A DNA stretch of 64,000 bases from Heterodontus francisci (Eukaryota): the NCBI RefSeq assembly GCF_036365525.1, contig NC_090378.1, forward strand, positions 82,452,357 through 82,516,356, given 5' to 3'. The position numbers and the translations under genes were made by a program. Positions 26,701 through 37,517 of the stretch are shown piece by piece. Within the stretch, counting starts at the first letter, position 1. Each line of letters begins with the position of its first letter. Under the pieces are notes generated by a model. It saw only the letters and a list, made by a program, of their open reading frames with translations. It did no database searches and was not told where the DNA came from.

Positions 26701-27949
26701 TTAGCCAACACAAGTAGTGGTTCACCCATTGGGCATTTAGTTACTCCTTAAAGATCTGCCCTTGTTCACACGAACTATTCAACAACTAGTCTACATCCAA
26801 GTCTGTAACTGGCAAAAAAAAATCCTGATTCCCTATCAGAGAATTTTACAGCAGAGGAAAGCATTCAACCCATCACATCTGTATTCTATCCCCTGACCTT
26901 TCCCACATCCTTCTACTTTTTTCCCCTTTTTCAAGTATTTATTCACACTTTTTAAAAGCTATTGTAGACTTGCTTCCCAACTGTTTCTGACAGGATATCC
27001 TAACAACCCTCATCATAATAAAAGTAAATCTTTTAACTTCTCTCCTTGTTCTTGTGGTGCTGATCTGAAATTTCAACTGACCAACCAGTAGAAATGTATT
27101 TTTTCTACAGAATCAAAACCCTGATCATTTTGAACATCTCTGCCAGATCTCTTCGGCCGACTTTTAGGGTCTTAACCTCCTCTGTTCTAGCGAAATGAGC
27201 TCCAGTTTCATCTTTTCTTGTGACTAAAGCCTATTATCCTGATATTTTAGTAAATCCCTTCACCTTCTCCATGGTTTTGACTTATATTCTTAAAGATTTA
27301 TGCTGGCCATCACATTTTAATGTCAAGACTCACTACGCAGTATCCTCCTGGAGCTTATTTCATTTCCACCACCTCCAAACTGTGGAATTCCTTACCTCCC
27401 GCAGTATTCACTTCCTCATGCAACTTACAGACTTCTGCATCCTAACTTGACCCCACACAACAAAATACTAATTCTTGCATTGATCTCGTGGTGACCCTAC
27501 ACCAAGGGCTTGGTCCTGTATACCTGTACGCTAGAGGACACGGTGTTTCCCACAGATGCAGCCTAGACAATTTTACAAATTCAAATAGTTGATCTTTTCC
27601 TTGTGTTTCACTGAAAGCAAGTGACTATTTTCTTGGGAAAGTAAGATATTGTCTGTTAGATAGTCATGTTAGAAAATGTTCAGGTCTCCTAATACATTCA
27701 TATATATGGAGAGATGCCTGAAATGCGCTTCTTTGATAGGACTGTAAAGGAGAAGCATATTCTCCATTGATACAGAACTTTAATTACAAACATTTTGAAA
27801 TTCCCTTTCAGATTTATGTCCTTTGCACCTCATTTTGTGTCATCTTCCATTTCACGATTCTTTATTTAGCCCACTTGAAATATATATTAGCTAACAAACC
27901 TCAAGGCTCCTTTAAATTATTCAGTTTGAGTCGTGTAAAATCAGTTTCA

Positions 27950-28605
27950 GGCATCACAGAATTGTTACAATGCAGAAGGAGGCCATTCGGCCCATCGTGT
28001 CTGCACCAGCTCTCCAAAAGTGCAATTTACTCAGTTCGATTCCCCTGCCTGCTCCCCATAACTCGAGTTTTGGACTTCCCCACAAGTGGAAACATTTTCT
28101 CCACATCTACCCTATAAAACCCTTTCATTATCTTCTACATTCTTCTTTTTCATATAACAGTCTAATTCCATTTTGAATGCTTCAATTGAACCTGCCTTCA
28201 CCGCACTCTCAGGCAGCGCATTCCAAACCTTAACCACTCACTGCAGGAAATAGTTTTTCCTCATGCCTCTTTTGCTTCTCTTACCAAATACTTTAAATCT
28301 GTGCCCTCTCGTTCTCAATCCTTTCACGAGTGGGAACAATTTCTCTGTCTACTCTGTCCAGACCCCTCATGATTTTGAATATCTCTATCAAATCACCTCT
28401 CGGCTTGCTCTTCTCCAAGGAAAACAGTCCTAACTTCTCCAGTCTATCTTCATAACTGAAGTTCTTCATTCCTGGAACCATTCTCGTGAATCTTTTCTGC
28501 ACTCTCTCCGATGCCGTCAGATCTTTCCTAAAGTGCGGCGCCCAGAACTGGACACAATACTCCAGCTGAGGCCAAACTAGTGTCTTATACAAGTTCAACA
28601 TAACT
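27950..28605 (-). mobile_element. CR1 3' fragment
   Basis: [24 protein letters not shown]...RGDLIEIFKIM plus tail. Confidence 0.85.
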
Positions 28606-28606
28606 T

Positions 28607-28704
28607 CAAGAAATGCTGGAACCACTCAGCAGGTCTGGCAGCATCTGTGGAAAGAGAAGCAGAGTTAACGTTTCGGGTCAGTGACCCTTCTTCGGTTCCG
28701 AAGA
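28607..28704 (-). mobile_element. Penelope-like terminal repeat fragment, near-identical to 58342-58430
   Basis: caagaaatgctggaaccactcagc...gtgacccttcttcgg shared with the DIO1-intron copy. Confidence 0.75.
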
Positions 28705-29664
28705 ATCTTATATTTATGACCTCGAGTTTTGGACTTCCCTACAAGTGGAAACATTTTCTCCACATCTACCCTATAAAACCCTTTCATTATCTTCTACAGA
28801 AAAGAGCCTGTACCCTTTGTATTGTCTCTCCATGTTCTTCCTAACAAAACGAATCACTTCACATGATAGGTGAAGAAAATTATTAGATTCCCGCTCATAT
28901 TTGCCCACCAGTTGCTCCGAGGCTGTAGTTGAGATCTGGGGTCTGGTGCATGTTATTCCATCCTCACTGGGCCCGTTTAGCAGAGAAATCGGATCTAAAG
29001 CATAGCTTTGTAATTATAGCAACGTAATGTTGAAACCCTGCCTTACACGTTCTTTACCTTTTATTAACTGTAGCAGTAAACCCAAACCCTTTCCTCGTTT
29101 TGTGCCTATACTATTATCAAAGAACTGCTCCTGGAAAAATAAATTCTTATTTCACTCCCTCCATCAGACTGTAAACATTCTCTTCCTTAAAAGTTCAAAA
29201 GCTAATGAAAAGAACAGCACTCCACTGTGACAATTCAAGCAGTCTTAAAATGTTAAGCGTATCTGAATCAATCAGATTATTCTATTATGAATTAAAAATC
29301 TGAGCTGTCCTGTTTCCAGAGAAGTCTCTGGATATTTCTGTAATGAGTGTTTCTAAGTATCACCTACTCAATTATTTGATACGGTTTAGCAAAAATCGCG
29401 TCTTTTGTCCTAAATGGAATAATCTCACTAACGGTTGTATTTGTAAACCCGTGACATGTTGATTTACTGCTGGTCTTAAAATGCCGACATTTATATTAGA
29501 GAATATCTGCATTGCCATTTTCTATCGATTTTAAAAGATTATGTTTTTCTTTATCTCTAATTCTTTACATCCCTCCCTCCCTCCCCAAGGCGTTGACTGC
29601 TGCTGGGGCGATGTATGGGCCCACGGTTGATAACCGATCTCTCTCAGCCTACTATTGTATTGTT

Positions 29665-30180
29665 ACATCGAGTGTACGGTACAGAAACAGCCTATTTGGT
29701 CCAACTGGTCTGTACTAGCATTTATGCTGCTCAGGAGTCTGCTCCCAGCGTTCTTCATCATCCGATGTGCTTATCCAGCTTCCCCTTAAACGTATCAATT
29801 CTACTTGCCTCAACTACTACTGTTGGTAGCGTATTCCGCACTCTTACCACTCTTTTGGGTAAAGGAGTTTCTCCTGAATTCCCTATTGGATTGAGTAGTG
29901 ACTATCTTATATTTATGACTTCAAATTTTGGACTTCCCCACAAGTGGAAACATTTTCTCCACATCTACCCTATCAAACCTTTTCAGTACCTTCTACAGAA
30001 AAGAGCCTCAGCCTTCCCTGATAAGTTCTGGTATCATCCTTGTGAATCTTTTTTGCATCTTCTGCAATGCCTCTACATGCTTTTATATAATATGGAGACC
30101 AGAACTGCATGCAGTACTCCTAGTGTAGTCTATCCAAGGTTCCATACAGATTTAATGTAACTTCTCTGCTTTTCAGTTCT
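29665..30180 (-). mobile_element. Old CR1 3' fragment
   Basis: Similar to 20245-20905 and partly duplicated at 28705-28810. Confidence 0.7.
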
Positions 30181-30939
30181 CTCTCCAGGGGCGACATCAC
30201 AGCTGTGTCCAGCACTATCCTCAAAATTCACACAGCTGCATTTTCTAACAGAAGCGAAGTTAGGCTGAAATCCCGGCTGCTTTTCCCCAGCAGAGCCCCA
30301 ATCACCACCCTTCCAGCATTACCTAATTTCCAATATCCTGCAATTTTTTCACATTTAATTAAAATCTGTAAAATTCTCCCTAAACCAACACTCGTCTTAT
30401 TTTTCAATGACATTTTAACTAGTCTTTTTGCCGGAAACCTCAATTTGGTAATTTACTGCATTGTATGCAATGTGAAGCTGTAATCATTAACAAAGTGAAA
30501 AGATTTAAGTGCCTCCATACCCGACTCCTGCTAGTGTTTCGTCCAAGATGCGAAAAAGGTTTCTCTTTACAGAGAGTCACTCTGTTTGTGTGGACAGAAC
30601 CAGTCAGCTATTTCCTGATTGATTGGTTTTTAGTTCATTGTCAGTGGAGGATCTGACGTTTGTAGTAATTGAACCCTGTCTAATTACACTCAAGATGGTA
30701 CAATGCTCACTTTTTCCTCAGTTACTAACATATCCAGCTCAAATTGCAGTGACTAATTAATGTCAAGTTGGTAGAGTACACCTCAGATAGAAATATCAAA
30801 GTGTAACAGTATATTATGGTGGTGCTAAAGCTTTGTACCAACTGCAGGTCATTATCAAAGCTGGCATAACTTGGCTCATCTTTTGCAAGTTTGTCCCCCA
30901 CCCAACCCCCCTTATAGTAGTGCAATCCTGACAGTTGTA

Positions 30940-31222
30940 AATTTAATAAGTCTAGTAATTTGTGTTGGCATGAGAAAAATGACCATGAATGCTGCTGTAC
31001 TTCCATAAAACTACAATTGATTCACTACTGGCAAGCAGGGAAAGGAATCTGTTACCTCTTCCTTCCCCCCCCTCCCCCCCCCCACCCCGTCTGTCCTATA
31101 TATAACTCCAGTCCCATACTCATAATGCCCTCTGAGCTGGATTAACAAGCCACTCAGTTGTGAAGGCACCTAGGGATGAGCAATAAATTCAGCCTTGCCA
31201 GTTTGGCACACATTCCCAGAAT
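30940..31222 (+). mobile_element. Old SINE of the head+core+LINE-tail family
   Basis: aagccactcagttg joined to aaggcacctagggatgagcaataaat, the same junction as the 39945-40313 copy. Confidence 0.65.
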
Positions 31223-31554
31223 ATTGAAAAATCTTCGAAGTTGTGAACCTGGATAGCTTTAGCAAGCTATTTAACCATGGGGCATCATAGCCATGCTCAA
31301 GCCTGGCCTGAACTGATGTAAATGCAGTGATTAATAATTAACATCAAGTTAGTCGAGTACACCTCAGATAGAAATATCAATACCTTGCAGTAGGGCAATT
31401 GGATAATGATCAGGAGTAAGAATTCCAGCTGATTGCTGGCCATGGAACACTGAAGCCAGTTGTGTCACAGTTGAGATCAGCTAATTCAGCATTTGAATAA
31501 AGATCAAACGTGAGAGATACCACACTAAGCATTGTAGTTACCAACTGAGGCAAA

Positions 31555-31955
31555 AAAAAGGAAAAGAAAGATTAGCATTCATATAGTGTCTTTCATGATC
31601 TCGGGATGTCTCGAAGCACTTTACAGGCAATTAAGTACTTTTGAAGTGAAGTCACTGTTGTAATGTAGGGCACATGACAGTGAACTTGCAAACAGCAAAA
31701 TACCACAAGCAACAATATAATTGTCAGATAATATGTTTTAGTGAGGTTGGTTGAAGAATAAATAGTAGCCAGTGCACTGAGGAGAACTCCACTACTGCTA
31801 TTTTACGTCCACCTGAGACAATTTAACATCTCATCAGCAAGACAGTACCTCCAACAGTGCAGCACTCCCTCAGTACTGCTCTGGAGTGTCAGCCTAGAGT
31901 TTATCTGTGGTGGGACTTGAGCCAGATGAGTGCTACCACTGAGCCATGGCTAACA
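31555..31955 (-). mobile_element. Deu-domain SINE
   Basis: Reverse complement of the Deu core (acagtgcagcactccctcagtactgc) and tail. Confidence 0.75.
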
Positions 31956-33254
31956 TTTCTTTTCAAATTTCAAGCTGGATTTCTTTTTTCAAATATTTCT
32001 GATTACCAAATGAATACTTAAGAGGCAAGCATATCCAAAACTGAAAGCATAAACCCCCTCAGCACAATGAAAACAAATATGTCAGAAGCAATATAAAGTG
32101 CAACTTCTTCAAAAATTGCCAACCAAGGGTAATGAGCCTCAGCTGAAACTCAACTGAAACATTCAAGAGGGATGTAGATTAGATTCCTTTCTCAGAGTGC
32201 AGATATACGAGACTAAATCTTAGCCAAACTGGTATAGCCGCCTGGATCACAAGTGCAGAATATAGACTTACAAATGAACAAGCTGCACTGTTGGAGCCCT
32301 GGTTTCTCTCTCAGGTGGTTGAAAAAAAAATCCCATGGCACTATTCAAAGAGCAGGGGAGTTCTTTCAGTATCCTGATTGACATTTATCAACACACTAAA
32401 AGAGATTATCTGGTTATTATCACATGGCTGTTCGTGGGACCTTACTGTGTGCAAATTGTCTGCTGTATCCCCTATGACTGAGGTTACACTTCAAAAATAC
32501 TTCATTGGCATTTTAGGATGTTCTCAGGTAATGAAAGACACTATAAATTCCAAGTTCTTTCTATCTTATCCACTGCCATCAGGTGTGTTGAGAGAAAGCA
32601 AGCTTGAAAGAAAAATTAGCTTTCCTCAAAAATGGGCAATCTGTCTTTTTCATCTGTTCTTAAGCATGTACTGTTATCTCTATACTCCTTCAATTTTTTA
32701 CTCTTAGTTGGCTTTTATTTTGCGTGTTTGCCAGTAAGGTATTTTAAGGTCTCTTTTGCAGTTGTCCAGTGATGAACATATTTACTATGTAATGGAATGT
32801 AAGCCAATCCTTACTACTGTTTATATTCAGAAATCATTCTCTCATATTACTTCGTACATGGTTGGTCTTCTGCCTATGGTCCAGGGGTGGTGGGCTGAGG
32901 TTGGGGAAAGAGGGACTGTTATCTCTGGAGGTCAGAGTTGGTTCTGGAGATGCAAGAACAGATGGACATTCTGGAGTTTCCTGGATTACCCTTGAGGATC
33001 ACTTACACATTTGGCTGTATTCTTAGTCTCCGCCTGCAAAAAGGGGAAATATGACAAGATGAACCAGGATGAAGAATACATGTGGCAATCTTTCCTTCTT
33101 GGATACTGTGCGGTAATTTTTTTACACAGGTATTTGTTCCACCTGCAATATGCTGGGGAGGATGGAAGACCTATTGAAGGCTGCTTAATTCTTCCTTTCA
33201 TCCAGATGTGGGCACTGCTTCAGGAGCATGACGTGGTTTAGTCATCTCAATGTT

Positions 33255-34291
33255 TTTATAAATTCATTCATGGGATGTGGGCGTTGCTGGCCAGGCCAGC
33301 CTTTATTGCCCATCCCTAATTGTCTTGAGAAGGTGGTGGTGAGCTGTCTTCTTGAACCGCTGCAGTCCTTGTGAGGTAGGTACACCCACAGTGCTGTTAG
33401 GAAGGGAGTTCCAGGATTTTGACCCAACGACAGTGAAGGAACGGCGATATAGTTCCTAGTCAGGATGATGAGTGACTTGGGGGGGGGGGAACTTGCAGGT
33501 GGTGATGTTCCTATGCATGTGCTGCCCTTGAGGTGGTAGAGGTCACGGGTTTGGAAGGTGCTGTCTAAGGAGCCTTGGTGCGTTGCTGCAGTGCATCTTG
33601 TAGATGGTACACACTGCTGCCACTGCGCGTCGGTGGTGGAGGGAGTGAATGTTTGTGGATGGTGTGCCAATCAAGCAGGCTGCTTTGTCCTGGATGGTGT
33701 CGAGCTTCTTGAGTGTTTTTGGAGCTGCACCCATCCAGCCAAGTGGAGAGTATTCCATCACACTCCTGACTTGTGCCTTGTCGATGGTGGACAGGCTTTG
33801 GGGAATCAGGTGAGTTACTCGCTGCAGGATTCCTAGCCTCTGACCTGCTCTTTTTTATTCTTTTTTTTAATACATATTTACAAAAATAACTTTATTAATA
33901 ACAGAAAAGTAAACCAAAACTCAAATTAAAATGCCATTCTCGGTGTCGATGATGCGCTCCAGTCCCTGCGGTGCCCACCGGTCGCGGAAGGCCTCAAGCG
34001 TTCTGACCTGCTCTTGTAGCCATGGTATTTATATGGCTACTCCAGTTCAGTTTCTGGTCAATGGTAGCCCCCAGGATGTTGATAGTGGGGGATTCAGCGC
34101 TAGTAATGCCATTGAATGTCATGGGGAGATGGTTAGATTCTCTCTTGTTGCAGATGGTCATTGCCTGGCACTTGTGTGGCTCAAATGTTACTTGCCACTT
34201 ATCAGCCCAAGCCTGGATATTGTCCAGGTCTTGCTGCATTTTTACCCGGACTGCTTAGTATGTGAGGAGTCGCGAATGGTGCTGAACATTG
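33255..34291 (-). mobile_element. Truncated LINE of the tRNA-headed family, host of two nested insertions; continues at 37518-37672
   Basis: MEYSPLGWMGAAPKTLKKLDTIQDKAA, QQDLDNIQAWADKWQVTF; sequence resumes in register after each insert. Confidence 0.92.
33853..34001 (-). mobile_element. 149-bp 3' stub of an L1/Tx1-type LINE with a 14-bp TSD
   Basis: TSD TCTGACCTGCTCTT at 33839-33852 and 34002-34015; minus strand TLEAFRDRWAPQGLERIIDTENGILI*, then AATAAA and an A-rich tail. Confidence 0.8.
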
Positions 34292-37200
34292 GGGTAGGCG
34301 GTGGTGTTGTGGTATTATCACTGGACTAATAACCTAGAGACCCAGGGTATTTCTCTGGGGACATGGGTTCGAATCCCACCACAGCAGAAGGTGGAATTTG
34401 AATTTAATTAATAAATCTGGAATTAAAAAGCTAGTCTAATGATAGTCATGAAACCATTGTCGATGTTGTAAAAACCCATCTGGTTCACTAATGTCCTTTA
34501 GGGAAGGAAATCTGCTGTCCTTACCTGGTCTGGCCTACATGTGACTCCAGACCCACAGCAATGTGGTTAACTCTTACATGCCCTCTGAAATGGCCTAGCA
34601 AGCCACTCAGTTGTACCTAACCGCTACGAAGTCAATAAAAAGGAATGAAACCGGATGGACCACCTGGCATCGACCTAGGCACCGGAAACGACAACGGCAA
34701 ACCCAGCCCTGTCGACCCTGCAAAATCCTCCTTACTAACATCTGGGGGCTTGTGCCAAAGTTGGGAGAGCTGTCCCACAGACTAGTCAAGCAACAGCCTG
34801 ACATAGTCATACACACCGAATCATACCTCACAATGTCCCAGACACTGCAATCACTATCCCTGGGTATGTCCTGTCCCACCAGCAGGACAGACCCAGCAGA
34901 GGTGGTGGCAGAGTGGTAAACAGTAGGGAGGGAGTTGCCCTGGAAGTCCTCAACATCGATTCCGGATCCCTTGAAGTCTCATGGCATCAGGTCAAACGTG
35001 GGCAAGGTAACCTCCTACTGATTACCACGTACCGCCCTCCCTCAGCTGATGACTCAGTACTCCACCATATTGAACACCACTTGAAGGAAGCACTGAGGGT
35101 GGCAAGGGCACAAAATGTACTCTGGGTGGGGGACTTCAATGTCCATCACCAAGAGTGGCTCGGTAGCACCACAGCTGGCCGAGTCCTAAAGGACATAGCT
35201 GCTAGACTGGGTCTGCGGCAGGTGGTCGGGGAACCAACACGAGGGAAAAACATACTTGACCTCGTCCTCACCAATCTGCCTGCCGCAGATGCTTCTGTCC
35301 ATGACTGCATTGGTAGGAGTGACCACCGCACAGTCCTTGTGGTGACGAAGTCCCGCCTTTACATTGAGGATACCGTCCATCGTGTTGTGTGGCACTATCA
35401 CCGTGCTAAATGGGATAGATTTCGAACAGATTTAGCAATACAAAATGCTGTGGGCCATCAGTAGCAGCAGAATTGTACTCAACCACAATCTGTAACCTCA
35501 TGGCCCAGCATATCCCCCACTCTACCATTACCATCAAGCCAGGAGACCAACCCTGGTTCAATGAAGAGTGCAGGAGGTCATGCCAGGAGCAGCACCAGTC
35601 ATACCTCAAAATGAGGTGTCAACCTGGTGAAGCTACAACACAGGACTATCTGCGTGCCAAACTGCATAAGCAGCATGCGATAGACAGAGCTAAGCAATCC
35701 CATAACCAACAGATGAGATCTAAGCTCTGCAGTCCTGCCACATCCAGCTGTGAAAGGTGGTGGACAATTAAACAACGAACTGGAAGAGGTGGCTCCACAA
35801 ATATCCCCATCCTCAATGATGGGGGAGCCCAGCACATCAGTGCGAAAGATAAGGCTGAAGCATTTGCAACAATCTTCAGCCAGAAGTGCCAAGTTGATGA
35901 TCCATCTCAGCCTCCTCCTGAAGTCCCCAGCATCACAGATGCCAGACTTCAGCCAATTCGATTCACTCCGCGTGATATCAAGAAACGACTGAAGGCACTG
36001 GATACTGCAAAAGCTATGGGCCCTGACAATATTCCGGCAATAGTACTGAAGACCTGTGCTCCAGAACTTGCCGCGCCCCTAGCCAAGCTGTTCCATTTCA
36101 GCTACAACACTGGCATCTACCCTGCAATGTGGAAAATTGCCCAGGTATGTCCTGTACACAAAAAGCAGGAGAAATCCAACCCGGCCAATTACCACCCCAT
36201 CAGCTTACTCTCAATCATCAGTAAAGTGATGGAAGGTGTCATCAACAGTGCCATCAAGCGGCACTTGCTTAGCAATAACCTGCTCAGTTTGGGTTGCGCC
36301 AGGGCCATTCAGCTCCTGACCTCATTACAGCCTTGGTTCAAAAATGGACAAAAGGGCTGAACTCCAGAGGTGAGGTGAGTGACTGCCCTTGACATCAAGG
36401 CAGCATTTGACTGAGTATGGCATCAAGGAGCCCTAGCAAAACTGAGGTCAATGGGAATCAGGGGGAAACCCTCGGCTGGCTGGAGTCATACCTAGCGCAA
36501 AGGAAGATGGTTGTGGTTGTTGGAGGTCAATCATCTGAGCTCCAGGACATCACTGCAGGAGTTCCTCAGGGTAGTGTCCTAGGCCCAACCATCTTCAGCT
36601 GCTTCATCAATGACCTTCCTTCAATCATAAGGTCAGAAGTGGGGCTGTTCGCGGATGATTGCACAATGTTCAGCACCATTCGTGACTCCTCAGATACTGA
36701 AGCAGTCCGTGTAGAAATGCAGCAAGACCTGGACAATATCCAGGCTTGGGCTGATAAGTGGCAAGTAACATTCGCGCCACACAAGTACCAGGCAATGACC
36801 ATCTCCCCTTGACATTCAACAGCATTACCATCGCTGAATCCCCCACTATCAACATCCTGGGGGCTACCATTGACCAGAAACTGAACTGGAGTAGCCATAT
36901 AAATACGGTGGCTACAAGAGCAGGTCAGAGGCTAAGAATCCTGAGGTGAGTAACTCACCTCCTGACTCCCCAAAGCCTGTCCACCATCTACAAGGCACAC
37001 TTGTAATACTCTCCACTTGCCTGGATGGATGCAGCTCCAACAACACAAGAAGCTTGACACCATCCAGGACAAAGCAGCCCGCTTGATTGGCACCCCATCT
37101 GCAAACATTCACTCCCTCCACCACCGACGCACAGTAGCAGCAGTGTACCATCTACAAGATGCACTGCAGCAATGCACCGCAGCAATGCACTAAGGCTCCT

Positions 37201-37517
37201 TAGACAGCACCTTCCAAACCTGCAACCTCTACCAACTAAAAGGACAAGGGCAGCAAATACATGGGAACACCACCACCTGCAAGTTGCCCTCCAAGTCACA
37301 CACCACCCTGACTTGGAACTATATCACCGTTCCTTCACTGTCGCTGGGTCAAAATCCTGGAACTCCCTTCCTAACAGCACTTTGGGTGTACCTACCCCAA
37401 ATGGACTGCAGCGGTTCAAGAAGGCAGCTCACCACCAGCTTCTCAAGGGCAATTAGGGACGGGCAATAAATGCTGGCCTGGCCAGCGTCGTCCACATCCC
37501 TAATGAATTTTTTTTAA
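34292..37517 (+). mobile_element. Full-length CR1-group LINE with a tRNA-derived 5' head and a single, now frameshifted, APE endonuclease-RT ORF (~34590-37456)
   Basis: TSD AACATTG (34285-34291 / 37518-37524); A box 34302-34312, B box GGTTCGAATCC 34366-34376; ILLTNIWGL, YRPP, GDFN, SDH, GVPQGSVLGP, FADD motifs. Confidence 0.92.

Noticed and set aside
32756-33241. Exon-like segments with AG/GT boundaries on the plus strand
   Set aside because: No recognisable protein and no consistent multi-exon frame
34292-34385. A genuine tRNA gene
   Set aside because: Acceptor stem does not close, no terminator follows, and it is inside a TSD-bounded retroelement
37508-37515. T8 as a conserved Pol III terminator of the LINE family
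   Set aside because: Sister copies end in A-rich tails with at most TTT, so the run may be private to this copy
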